From Sphyrna mokarran (lineage: Eukaryota), in assembly GCA_024679065.1 (NCBI GenBank), contig JAGIQG010000016.1, forward strand, positions 51,956,001 through 52,020,000: 64,000 bases of DNA, in the 5' to 3' direction. The notes under the pieces were generated by a model, which did no database searches, was not told the DNA's origin, and saw only the letters and a program-made list of their open reading frames with translations. The position numbers were made by a program, and so were the translations under genes. Of the stretch, positions 1-12,713 are shown in pieces (the first letter of the stretch is position 1; every line of letters starts with the position of its first letter).

Positions 1-1172
1 TCACTTTGTCCTTCCTAGACCAACCACCTGTATCCCTCTATAGTCTACCTGTTCATGTGTCTGTCCAGATGAATCTTAAACGTCACTAATGTATTTGCTT
101 TAACCACCTCACTTGGCTGTACATTCCAGGCCCCCACTATCCTTGTGTTTTTTTTTAAAAAAAAGCTTCCCCAACAAATCGCTACTGAACCTTCCCTCCC
201 CACTCTTACTTTGAACTTGTGCTCCTTTGTGATTGACATTCCTGCCCCAGCGGAAAAAGATTCCAACTGTTCACCTACGCCCCTCATAATTTTATAAAAT
301 TATATCAGGTTACCCCTTCGCCTTTGTCTTTCCAGGGAGAATAATCCTAGTTTATTCAATCTCTCCTCATAGCTAATACTCTCCATACTAGGCAACATCT
401 TGGTAAACCTTTTCTATACTCCCTCCAAAGCCGCTACATCTTTCTGGTCGTGTGGCAACCAGAATTGGACGCAGTATTCCAAATGTGGCCTAACCAATAT
501 TTTATATAACTAATATAACTTGCCAACTTTTATACTCTGCCCCAATTGATGAAGGCAAGTATGCCATATGCTTTTGTCACCACCTTCTCCACCTGTGCTG
601 CTACTTTTAAGGATCTGTGGATCTGTACTCCCAGATCTCTGTGAATTTATGCTCCTGATGGTTCTGCCATTTATTTTGTAGCTCCCATCTGAATTGGATT
701 TTCCAAAATCCATCACCTTGCATTTGTCTGGATTAAATTCCACCTCCTATTTCTCAGTCCAATTTTCCAGCCTGTTTATATTCTCTGACAATCTTCATTA
801 TCATCATCCGTAACTCCAGCAACCTTAATATCATCTGCAAACTTGCTAATCAGGACAGTTACGTTATATTACGAATAATAGAGGTCCCAGCATTGATCCC
901 TGCAGAACACTGCTAGTTACAGACCTCCATTCAGAAAAATAGCCTCCCATTGTTACCCTCTGTCATATTTGACCAAGCCAGTTCTGAATCCATTCAGCTA
1001 GTTCACCCTTGATCCTGTGTGATTTAATCTTTTGTACCAACCATACCGTGAGGGAGCTTGTCAAATGCTTCACTAAAATTCATGTAGACAGCATCTATAG
1101 CCCTTCCCTTGTTAATTATTTTTGCCAGTCCTTCAAAAGCTCAATCAAATTAGTAAGACATGACTTCCCTCG
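1..1172 (-). mobile_element. Decayed CR1-type LINE, 3' part of ORF2 (RT)
   Basis: Minus-strand ORF 510-743 MEFNPDKCKVMDFG, plus LEYCVQFW-like and RLNKLGLFSL-like segments; many stops and frameshifts. Confidence 0.85.
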
Positions 1173-1184
1173 TAGGTTAAACTA

Positions 1185-1372
1185 GGTAAGGATAATAGAT
1201 TTCCTGCCCTGAAGGACATTAGTGAAATAGGTGGTTTTTACAATAATTGCTGGCAGATTCATGGCCACCATTTACTGAGAATAGCTACCGTAGTGAGATT
1301 TGAATCCGTGTTCCCAGAATATTAGCCTGGGCCTCTGGATTACCAGTCTAGTGACATTACTATTACACTTCC
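1185..1372 (-). mobile_element. tRNA-derived SINE, family B (partial)
   Basis: Reverse complement matches the gtaatgtcactggactagtaatccagaggcccaggctaat and ttcactaatgtccttcagggaaggaaatct blocks of the copies at 12714 and 48960. Confidence 0.7.
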
Positions 1373-1676
1373 CTCATTGTGTGCCTTCATCAGGCTGTTG
1401 CTTGACTAGTCTGTAGACAGCTGTTGCTATTCTGGTTTAAGCTTCCTGATGTTAGTATGGAGGATATTGCAAGGTCAGCAGGGCTGGGTACACAGTTATC
1501 ATTTCCTAAATGGGCAAGTTTTTGAGGCAAAATTCTGCAAAATTTGTTGTGTCACACTATATCAGTGCAATCTTTCAGTTCAAAGAAATATTCAGAACAT
1601 GTCTTGGGACTAAAAATATGTAAAAGCCCAACTAAATTGGTTGCAAGTTCCGCAGGCTCTGTTGATCTAATCTAAT

Positions 1677-1985
1677 GGGTGGCACGGTTGGTCAACACTG
1701 CCTCGCAGCGCCAGAGAGCAGGGTTCAATTCCTGGCTTGGGCTACTGTTTGTGTGGACTCTATACATTCTCCCTCTGTCTGCATGAGTTTCCTCCCACAG
1801 TCCAAAGATGTGCGAGTTAGGTGGATTGGCCATGCTAAATTGCCCCTTAATACCAGGGGGGGCTAGCTAAGACAAATGGAAGGAGTTAAGGAAATTGGAC
1901 CTGGGTGGAATTGTATCAGTGTAGACTCGATGGGCCAAAAGGCCTGCTTTTGCACTGTAGGATTTTATGAATCAGCGATTTCTAT
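1677..1985 (+). mobile_element. HE1-type V-SINE with CR1-like tail
   Basis: tRNA-like head (ggcacggttggtcaacactgcctc...gggttcaattcc), V-domain (tttcctcccacagtccaaagatgtgcg...ggattggccatgctaaattg), tail gactcgatgggccaaaaggcc. Confidence 0.85.
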
Positions 1986-2014
1986 TTTTGTATTCGACTT
2001 CCAGCATAGAAGAA

Positions 2015-2312
2015 CTATAAAATCATAGAAACCCTACAGTGCAGAAAGAGGCCATTTTGGCTATCGAGTCTGCACTGACCACAATGCTACCTATCATCAT
2101 ATCTCTCATGTTTACCCACTAATCCTTCTAACCTATGCATCTCAGGACTCAGCATGGTCAATCAAACTAACCTGTACATCTTTGGACTGTGGGAGGAAAC
2201 CCTCACAGACATGAGTAGAATGTGCAAACTCCATACAGACAGTGACTCAAGCTGGGAATTGAACTTAGGTCCTTGGAGCTGTGAAGCAGCAGTGCTAACC
2301 ATTTGGTAGCAC
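2015..2312 (-). mobile_element. HE1-type V-SINE
   Basis: Reverse complement of the same head, V-domain and tail as 1677-1985. Confidence 0.85.
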
Positions 2313-3467
2313 ACACCTACAGCATCTGCTCTTATTTTTGTTGGTAAAGAACTGCTTCCACAAAACAATGGGTATATATCAAAATACCTTTCATATATGT
2401 AAATGACTTTCCTTCAATCTAAAAGAAGTACAAATAAAAATTGTGTAAGCTTCTTTATGATGATAGCACCCTTTGGACGACTGAAGTACAAGATTCATCC
2501 ATCTGCTGTCCCCTCTAACTTTGCAAGAGTCATTTTGATCTCCTGTACTTGTGGATGGAGAAGTTAGCGTTCACCATCTTCATTTCAAATTAGTACCAGT
2601 TGAAAGATGGGTGAGCAATTTCACATGAAGTCTTGACGTATCTGTTCGTCTTTTGGTCACAAATGTGGATGTTATCAGAACTGAAGTTTATCGTAAACAG
2701 TGAGGTCAGTCACATGCGGTTATGATCAGATGAAGTGTTGGAGTTAGTTGCAAATTTAATGAACTCGTGGTGTGACTGAAACTAGAGAAGCGAGATTATT
2801 AAGCTGTAATTTTAAGAAAACCTGGCTTTGCCCAAATATATAAACCTTACAGAAATACTAAAAGTAATGCTATCCAAGTAGTAGTTCTATCGCTTAAAAT
2901 ATTGTATTGCCTCTGTGTTCCAAGATATGGTCGGTTCAAGCCAACTTTCATCTCTTTATCACTAAGTTAGGAGAATTTGTGGCTCCAGAGGTAGCATACC
3001 TGCCTCTGAGCCAAGAGCTCCAGGTTCAGTTCCCACTCCACGACTCATTGGCTATGGAAAAGATATTCATGCTATGGCTCAGCATTTTGATAATCAGCCC
3101 CGCTCACTCTTCCAACACTTCCCCAGTGTTCCCCAAAGGCAAAAATAACATGAGAAGATGTGACACATTGTCTGTCCACTATAATTACATATTCACCTAG
3201 AGGGTAGGGGTGTCCCTACAGGAAAACTATGACGACTCTAGCAGTAACTTGACTGTTCCACTAGCTCCTGGCAACAGGGTGGTGCCACTCTTTTTGCCAA
3301 GTGTATGGGATTAGTAAAGTATGAAGATAAGGTGAAGTGACAGAACTGATACAAGTACATACTATCAATCCATTGTTGCCAAGTTAAACTTAAATCAAAA
3401 CACAGTAAGCACCATTTCTGTGAACACATTAAGTAATCCCAATATTAAGATGAAATTGAAAGTTTAA

Positions 3468-3737
<270 letters not shown>

Positions 3738-4319
3738 TAACAGTGGTGATGATGCCCTTTTACAAATGTACTTCCTCCAATTATTTCACAGTATTGTCAG
3801 TCCTTGCTACTTTAAGTGTATTTGTTGTTGAAACCTTGATCCATGGCTGGAATTTTACCTGCCTCTCTCAGGAAGCGGACTGGGCAAGAGGCGGACCATG
3901 GGAAAGTCCATTGACTTTGGACAGGATCTGAACGATGTGTTCACACTCGCCGTTCATATCTATTTCTACCAGACGTGTTCATTTGATTATTCTGAAATTT
4001 GTGTCTCAATTTCTGAGCAATGGACTTTTTTAGAGCTTGTCAGGCAGCTGGAGATTCTCACTTAATCAGACCTCTTTATTGCTGTTCATACATTACCAAG
4101 AAGAGTTGTCCACTTATTGCCAAATTACCTCCTGCCTGGAAGATTTGGTTCACAATTTGGCATCAAGAAATTGTGATCAAATTGCCTGTTTGAGTTTCCT
4201 TGTGATCTGGGTGGGATCGCAGCAAATGAATTGGGTAATGAGGTCCTCTGTCTCTTCGCTGCCTCATTTTCTCTGCCATTCCTAGAAACAATGCTGGCCA
4301 CCATTCTGTGCCCTTTTGA

Positions 4320-4930
4320 ATGGAGATATCAGTGAATTGGGGAAAGGAGGGGAGAGGTTTCATATAGTAGCTACCAGTGATGGTAGAATTAAAATTGGTG
4401 GCCCGCAAGAGAGCAGATTTGGAGGAGTGCATTTATCTCGAGTGTTATAGGTTGGTGGAGATCAGAGATGGGGAAGGGGATGAGGCTATGGAGGGATTTT
4501 AAATGCAAGGATGAGGATGTTAAAATCAAGGCATTTCTTTAACCGGGTGATGGATGTAGTCAGTGTGCCCAGTAGTCTTGGCTGTGAGTTAGAAAATGGG
4601 CAGAATTTTGTCTGAACACTCAGGTAGAGTATGGGAGATAAGCAGGGGTGGGGGGGGAGGGGTGGAGCAGGGTATAGAATAGTCAAGACTTGAGGTAATA
4701 CAAACCTGGAGGAGACTTTGGAAAATAAGAAGTGAGGACTCAGCCTCTTATCCATGCCAATTACTCTAACTCTTCAGAACCATCAATTAGAATGCTTATT
4801 TCCACCTCTATAATGTTGTCCAACACTGTCTGTCTCAACTCACTTGCTGCCAAAACTCTCCTCCGAGTCTGTATTATCATCCGTGTATCCAAATCCCTCC
4901 ATAGCCTCACCCCTCACTATCTTTATTAAA
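4320..4930. mobile_element. Decayed L2-like LINE fragments
   Basis: gctatggagggattttaaatgcaaggatgaggatgttaaaatcaagg and aaatccctccatagcctc blocks typical of L2 3' regions, present in both orientations. Confidence 0.5.
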
Positions 4931-5460
4931 GAGCAGGGATGTACTGCTGAGGCTGTATAAGCCTCAGGTCAGACCCCTTTTGGAATATTATGAGCAGTTT
5001 TGGGCCCCATATCTAAGGAAGGATGTGTTGGCCTTGGAGGGGGTCCAGAGGAGGTTTAAAAGAATTATCCTAGGAATGAAGGGTTTGTCATTAGAGAAGT
5101 CTTGGTCTATATTCAGAGTTTAGAAGGTTGGGGGAGGGATCCCGTTGAAATTTAGAGAATCCTGAGAGGCCTAGATAGAGTGGACTTCGAGATGATATTT
5201 CCATTCATGGGAGAGACTAGAACCTGAGGGCAGGACTTCAGTGAATGGATGCTCCTTTAAACCTCCAATGAGGAGGAGTTTTTTCAGCCAGAGAGTGGTA
5301 AATCTGTAGAACTCATTACCACAGAACTCATTGCAGAAAGAGATTTTTGGTCAATAAGGGAATCAAAGGTTATGGGAAGAAGGCAGGAGAATGATTGATT
5401 GAATGGTGGACTCGATGGGCCAAATGGCCTAATTCTGCTCATATATCTAAAGGTCTTATG
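4930..5460 (+). mobile_element. CR1-type LINE 3' fragment
   Basis: LRLYK...RPLLEY..QFWAPYLRKDVLALEGVQRRF-like coding remnant; tail gactcgatgggccaaatggcct. Confidence 0.8.
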
Positions 5461-5869
5461 GCCTACTCCTTACTTCTCTCCAAGATAACTGCACTCTTCC
5501 AATTCTGCTCTTTTGCAAGGTCCCCAATTTTAATTCCAAAACCTTTTGCAGCCATGATCTCAGCTGCTGTTTTTAAAAAAAAAAACCCTCCCTTTCTTTC
5601 CTTCCTTTTTCTTAGACAAAGCTTTTGGTCAACTGCACTGATGTCATCTTATGAGCCTCATTATCCAATTACATTTGATGATGATGCTTTGAAGGGCGCT
5701 GTATGTATTCAAGTTGTGGTTTGTTTGATAAAGTATCACACTCTTTGGGAGATGGCAGTCAATATGATATATACTGAACAATGATTTTATGCTTTTTGGC
5801 AATGGAATTTATATGACAGGCTTCATAGTATCTGAGGATACAAAAATAAGTAATGAATATTGCTTACAA

Positions 5870-7030
5870 TAGAGTCGTAAAGGTTTACAGCATGAAAACA
5901 GGCCTTTCAGCCCAACTTTTTAACCACTAAGCTAGCCCCAATTTACCCACATAACTGTCTAAGTACTTTTCAAAAAGCCAAATTATACCCACCTCTTCTA
6001 CCTCTGGCCGCTCGTTCGAGACACTCACCACCATTTGTGCCACTGAACCCTTTTGTATTTCTCTCCTCTCACCTTAAACCTATGCCCTCTAGTTTCAGAC
6101 TCCTCTACTTTGGGAAAACATGTTGTCTAGCTATGCCTCTCGTTATTTTATAGACCTCTATAAGATCACCCCTAAGCTTCCTACTCTCCAGGAAAAGAAG
6201 TCTCAGCCTATCCAGTCTCCCTTTATAACTTAAGCCATCAAGTCCCGGTAGCATCTTAATAAATCTATTCTGCATTCTTTCTAGTTTAATAATTTTAATA
6301 ATATCCTTTCTATGATAGGGTAACCAGAACTTTTCACTGTTTTTCAAGCGTGACCTTAACAATGTCTTGTACCACTTCAGCTCCTGAATTCAATGTTCTA
6401 ACTAATGAAACCAAGCATGCCAAATGCTGCCTTCATCTGTGACTCTGCTTTTTCAAGGAGCTATGAACCTGTACCCCTAGATCTCTTTATTCTATAATTG
6501 TCCCCAATGAAGGAAGCCATTCAGCCTGTTGTTTCTACATTGGAACAGTTTCAGTCATGCCACTCTCCTGCCACTTCCACATGGCCCTGCACTTTCTTCC
6601 TTTCTAAGTAACAATCCAATTCCCTTTTGTTGAGGTTGAACCTGTTTCCACCATGTTCTCAGGTTAAGCATTCCACATCCTAGCTATCTGCTGCATGGAG
6701 AAGATTTTTTTTTTCTACATTTCGCCATTGCTCCTTTTACCAATTACTTGAAATCTGTGTCCTCTTGTTCATGATCATTCCACCATTTGGGAACAGTTTT
6801 CTCCTGTTTACCTATCCAGACTGCTCACAGTCTTGAGTACCTCTGTTAAACCTCCTCGAGCTTAGTTCTCCAAGGAAAACAGTCCCAACTTCTCCAATAT
6901 AATAACAAGTTCTTTCTCCCTGGCACCTTTCTGATGAGTCTCTTTATACACTATGATACCTTCAAATCTTTCCTAAAGTGTGATGCCCAGAATTAGACAG
7001 ATTACCTGATGCAGCTGAATCAGCTTTCTT
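5870..7030 (-). mobile_element. Two adjacent CR1-type LINE 3' fragments
   Basis: ORF 6105-6362 (LERMQNRFIKMLPGL...LRGDLIEVYKI); a second, older fragment at about 6510-7030. Confidence 0.75.
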
Positions 7031-8540
7031 GACTAGGCAAAGAAATCTTACTTCAGGACTCATTCCATTGGTAACTCTATAATACCTTATTATGTCTAAG
7101 CTCTCAAATCGTTTTCTAGTTCACCTTGTCTTAACTCCTCAAATCTATTTCTCTTGAAACTGTACCCAGCCAATGAAAAGATAAAAAGTGCATCAGACTT
7201 TAAAATACAGTTGTAGGCATGCAAAGTATAATAATTTTTCCAAAAATTGTCCTGGTACGAAAAAAAAGTTGAAATCCAAATGGTGGACAAACAAGTTCAA
7301 CATTCAGATTCAATCAAAATTCATACTAATGAAAGAAACCATTCAGAAGAACCAGTTGCAACATGGTTTAACTTTCCCAAAGATCTATAATAAAACTTAA
7401 CCCAACCAGTCACAAAATGCTTTAAGTTTCTTTAAGTATCTTTAATGGTACACAACTCATTAACAGTAATGTATAAAGTATTGGCCCTGATCTTATCTCA
7501 GACATGGCAAATACTGAGATGCTTCCTGCTGTCAAGATCACAAGGCAATTAAAGCTCTTAGGAGCCAATTTCTGCCAGAACCAGGAACTTCTGAAACCTC
7601 AGAAATGGGAATCCTCACGATGGTCCCTGTAAACATCTAAACTTGGGCATTTTGTTGTTGATTAGCCTAAGTTTTACACTAGGAGCTGTGCTTGGGTATA
7701 AAGTGAGCTTGGAATCGCAGGTCGCAATAGACCAGGTGGCGTGTCAAAGCATACCAGCATTCTCACAGCCCTGACACACTACTCACCCCTCCCCCAAACT
7801 CTCCAGTGATACTTCCACCAGTTCCTTGTGCCACCAACACCAAGAAAATCTGAGATGAATGGCTCCCTTAACTGACTGAGGTTAGGACAGACTTGGGTCA
7901 GGATTTTCTGTCTTAGTGTGGTGAGCCAAGCAAAATTCCATTGACTTCAACAGGACCAAGAGATCTTACCAATTGATGAGGCCAGAAAATCATATCCCAA
8001 GTGTTTGGAGTTGGAGGGTAAGAACAATGAGCAGTGTGGAGAAGGGAATAAGCACTGTCGAATGGATGAGATAGGTGAGCAGTGTTGGAGAGGTTGCAGG
8101 GCGTTGCTGAGGACTAAGCATTATAATGATCACAATGGAATGAGCAGGCTTTGTGAGGAGGCTGTGGAATGTGATGTTGAGAGATTGGAATTTGAACAAA
8201 GACAGGTTCATTCAAAAGCAATGTAAATCAATGAGCTATATGTAAATAGACCTTAAGGAGTAAGTCCTCAGTCCATGAAGAAACAGAGTGTGGCTTTGCT
8301 GTGATGGTGCTTTGTCCAAAGGCCTACTTTGCTTGACATCGAATCCAAGCTGGAGTCTGCACCAGAAGGTCCTGAACCTTCAATATAAAAAGTAAGCTTT
8401 CTGTTTTAATTAGTGTGTGCGCTCCTGCTCTATTGCTGACTTGAAGATCTGGACCATTTAGTGAAAATGGGTTAGCAGGGAATTGGGTCAGGGTTGCTAG
8501 TTAAACCAGATTACAAGCAGCTGCAGTGGCCTATTTCCCC

Positions 8541-8554
8541 TTTTTCACTTCCTC
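8541..8554 (-). promoter_or_regulatory. Candidate PU.1-IRF composite element (EICE)
   Basis: Reverse complement GAGGAAGTGAAAAA contains the GGAAnnGAAA consensus; motif match only. Confidence 0.35.
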
Positions 8555-9445
8555 CTTCTCCTGTTTAAACTTCACTAAAGTTGTCTTTTTTTAATAAAAG
8601 CAACACCCATGCGTGATTAAAAACTTCACATTTAGTCCATCTTAAACTATATTAATTTGTTCCATTTATCAGGTCCCAAATTAACTTTTTCTTTCTTCAT
8701 GTGGGTAACTTTATAAAATGCTGTAAATAAACAACACTTACTGATTGCTGCCGATCTTACTCACTTTCTCCCAGCTGATTTATTTTTGAATTAAACATTA
8801 ACCACGGAGTTAACCTTCTCTAGTATAAGGCTGATAGTGTCTGCTTTAACTAAAGCAACTGACTGAGCAAAGATCCAGAGAGAGAGAGAGAGATAACAAG
8901 TGTTCCTCAAACTAAGTTTGCATATAGTTCCCTTTATCTGTTGAAACCTTTCATGTTGCCACTAGCACCTTGGTAACCATTTTATTATTTAGTGAATCAT
9001 TAAAGATAGCAATCTGTTGAATATATAATCCAGCTGCTTTGCCAGATAGCCAGCAAATGAATGCCTTTGGATTGATAAGCTGGGTGTGAAGAAGCAGCTT
9101 CCAAAAGTCACCTGAGGTCACTTTATGTGCTTCAGTTCCCATAAGCTTATGGTCGATAACATGGCAATGTATACTGAGTCAAATCATTGATCTTTGTGTT
9201 CTTTGTTTTGCATAAGTGAGATGCCCACTATAATCTAACTGCAAGTTGAACTCCTTTCCTCCCCACCCACCACCACTTCCACAGCAGTAGCAGATCTCCA
9301 TTCAGTCAGAACAAAATGAATGTCCTGAGCATTATTACGGAGCTCTTTCCAACGAGATGAATTTCAGATGACCATTTTGTCTGTTTCTGCTCTCTATCAG
9401 TAACCGGTTTTTGTTTTTGGAAAAACTGTTCCTTTTTGGTGATAC

Positions 9446-9584
9446 AAGTACTCTGCAACAGTAAATCCAACAACGCCACAATTCCAGGAAAAGTATGGTA
9501 ATTAAGTTACACTTTGGACCTCATTTAATTGCCATGCTCTTCCTGGAATTGTGGTGTTGGTGGATTTACTGTTGCAGAGTACTT
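9446..9584. repeat. Long inverted repeat (62-bp arms, 15-nt loop)
   Basis: 9446-9507 is the reverse complement of 9523-9584 with 6 mismatches. Confidence 0.9.
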
Positions 9585-9754
9585 ATCTCAAATTTACAAT
9601 GAAAAAATTTGGTTTGAGCTAATGGCCTATTTATTCACTGGTTCAAAAACAGCTGTCAAGTCATCCAGTCTGGGATGTGCTTCTGCTAGATTAAAGAAGA
9701 CAGCTCTTCAAATTATCCACATCTTATCCACATTTCCACATTAATTATCCACAT

Positions 9755-10203
9755 TTTACCAGGATGTTGCCTGGTATGGAGGGCAGGTCCTATGAAGAGA
9801 GGTTGAAGGATTTGAAGTTGTTTTCGTTAGAAAGGAGGCGGCTAAGAGGGGATCTTATTGAAGCATATAAGATGATTAGAGGTTTAGATAGGGTGGACAG
9901 TGATAGCCTTTTTCCTAGGATGGAGAAAGCTAGCACGAGGGGACACAGCTTTAAATTAAGGGGTATGAGTTATAGGACGGATATCAGAGGTAGGTTCTTT
10001 ACTCAAAGAGTGATTAGGGAGTGGAATGCCCTGCCTGCAGCTGTTGTAGATGCGCCAAGTTTGGTGGCGTTTAAGAGGTTAATTGATAAGTATATGGAAG
10101 AGAAGGGAATGGTTTAGTTTGGAGGGGCATTGCTTTTTATTTTGGTCGGCACAACATCGAAGGCCGAAGGGCCTGTTCTGTGCTGTAATGTTCTATGTTC
10201 TAT
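9755..10203 (+). mobile_element. Young CR1 LINE, 5'-truncated
   Basis: ORF 9764-10117 MLPGMEGRSYEERL...EEKGMV; (TTCTATG)n tail; near-identical to four other copies in the window. Confidence 0.95.
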
Positions 10204-10533
10204 CTTCTTGAGATCGGACTAGCAATGGGCCATTTGCATTCAGAGTAATTAGGTCTATATACAGCCATGTAGTGGTCCTTAAACATTCCTTAATTCAACT
10301 GGGGTCTAATTTCGATTGGACCTTGGGACTGCCTGGTATTGTTTCCTGTGTCCACTTTGTTGACATTATCCAATTTTCCTTCAGTGGCTCTGAATCTGAT
10401 TTAAACTATATAAATTCTATTGCCAAGAAAGCAACCACACTTGTAATGTTTAATAACTCATCCAAGAGATGTGCTTGTCTTGTATTTGGAGATTAGACAC
10501 AAAGATTTAAATTTGTTAGTGCCTGATTTTTTT

Positions 10534-10870
10534 AATTCATTTGTGGGACATGAGTATCACTAGCTGGCCAGCATTTATTGTCCATCCCTAGTTGCCGAGG
10601 GCAGTTGAGTCAACTGCGTTGCTGTGGATCTGGTGTCACATACAGGCCGGATGAGGTAAGGGCAGCAGATTTCCTTCATTAACAGATGTTAATGAACCAG
10701 ATGGGTTTTCCTGACGATCGACAATAATTTCATGGTCATTAATAGATTCCAGATTTTTTGTTTATTGAATTCAAATTCCACCATGGCAGGATTTGAATCT
10801 GGGTCCTCAGAACATTAGCAGAATTTCTGTATTAATAGTCTGACGATAAAACCACTAGGCCACACCTCCC
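10534..10870 (-). mobile_element. tRNA-derived SINE, family B
   Basis: ttcatttgtgggacatg...ggccagcatttattgtccatccctagttgcc tail; head gatttgaatctgggtcctcagaacattagc. Confidence 0.75.
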
Positions 10871-11282
10871 TGGTTACTTAAGCAATGCATACTATGTCCT
10901 TGGTTTCAGGTGCAAAAGCAGTACGAGGATTGCGCTGCATATGTATATTGTTGGGAGACCAAGGCTGACCCACAATTACGCCTCAGTGCTGCTCCTACAG
11001 GGCTTGATTATTTGAAGAAATGAACATCAGGCCACAGGCCTCACCAGCAACCCAAACATAAATGCTGGAGGGTGCAGTAGAGAGTGGGCTGGCCAACTAC
11101 TGTGGAATCAGCCACGCACTCCTACTTCAGCTGGTTGCACACCACTATGTTACGCTCTCCTCTTGCTCAACAAATGCTTTAAGATTTTGAGCCGAACAGA
11201 CTCAGTTCCTCCCCCTCCTGCTGCGATGTCAAATTTAGCAGAAAAGGCCTTAAGCAACTGGTGGGCTCTGTTTTATTAATTT

Positions 11283-12005
11283 ATGGAGTGTGATTATCAC
11301 TGCTTAACTGTCCTTGAAATAGTGATGGTGAGCTACTTCCCTGATCTGCTGCAATGCCAGTGCTGTTAGGGAGGGAGTTCCAGGACTTTGACACTGGAAT
11401 GGTGATGTAATTCCAAACCAGGATAGTGGCTTGTTGAGGGACTTGCAGGTGATAGCATTTCCATGTATCTGCTGGTCTTCTAGCAGATAGAGATTGCAGG
11501 TTTGGACAATGTTGTCAAAATACTCTTGGCAAGCTGCTGAAGTACATCTAGCAGATGGTACATACTGATGCCATAGTGTGCTGGTGGTGAAGGGAGTGGA
11601 AGGGGATAGTAATAAATCAGAGTGGACTTTTCTGCTGAAGGGCACACCTGAGCAATTTTCTACATTGCTGAGAAGATGCTTGTGTTGATTCGATTTATTA
11701 TTTTCAGACATATTAGTATACAGTGAAAAGTATTGGCTCTTGCGTGCAAATGGACAAAAATGTACCATTCATGTAGTCCATAAGGGAGAATGAAAGGAGA
11801 GGGTGCAGAATATAGTGTTTAGCTGAATTGGAATGAGGGCAATGGCTAATTCTGGGGTACTAGTCTGCAGGGCTACAGCTGGGATGTTGTTAGCATCCAT
11901 TGACTTTGCAGTAACCAGTACCTTCAGGTGTGATATCATGTGGTTTGACTGAAGACAGGCATTTGTGATGTTGAGGATCATGCAGTTGGCATTGATGGCC
12001 TGCTT
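11283..12005 (-). mobile_element. CR1/L2-group LINE fragments with a nested Rex1-type tail (about 11687-11822)
   Basis: Reverse complement tggaactccctccctaacagcac...gctcaccatcac...caaggacagtt 3' end; DANNIPAVAL RT-proximal remnant. Confidence 0.65.
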
Positions 12006-12713
12006 CAGTAGCTGCCATAGACATCTCTTTTTAAAAAAAGTCACCTTAACCAACATTGAATTGGAAATTTTTCTGACATTCTTTTAAAACTGACATTTAA
12101 ACCCTGAAATTGGCCTTTATTGGCATATCCGTTTTATGCCTGTAAAATCAGGGAACAAATCCACAACTAAATGAAGATGTGAATTCTATTTGAAGGTGGT
12201 TTATTAAATGGGGGCAAAAGCTGGCTTGGACTTTTCTGCTTTGGTCTACACTTTGCTGCTGTCGGTAGATAAACTCATATCAATCTGTTTCTCCAAAAAT
12301 TAAAAAGGTCAATAAATGTATTTGGATAATGAGCAGCTTTGGTGACTTATCAGAGGGTAAAGCCACCCATGGAACTACCCTGAATAAAATCTAATCAAAA
12401 GGATGAGAGGATGAAGAGGGGGAGGGAACTTTGGGGGCAGGGAGATAAATCTGAATCCCAGACTAAAGGAAGGAAACTTTTAGTCGTAGTAGAGAAATCT
12501 ATGGGGATCGTTTTAGCCTGACTCAGTGGCTGAGGAAACTGGGTTAAACTTCTGTAACCCCCTGCTCAATTTTATTCACCCACTAATTGTAATTGTGCAT
12601 ATTGTATGATCGGTAACAGCCAATTACCAAACTGGCTTTTGGTTAAAGCAATTGTGCAATGATGTAGACTTGTATTGTTTTCTGCAGAGGGGTTTAAGTT
12701 TTAATAACTCATG

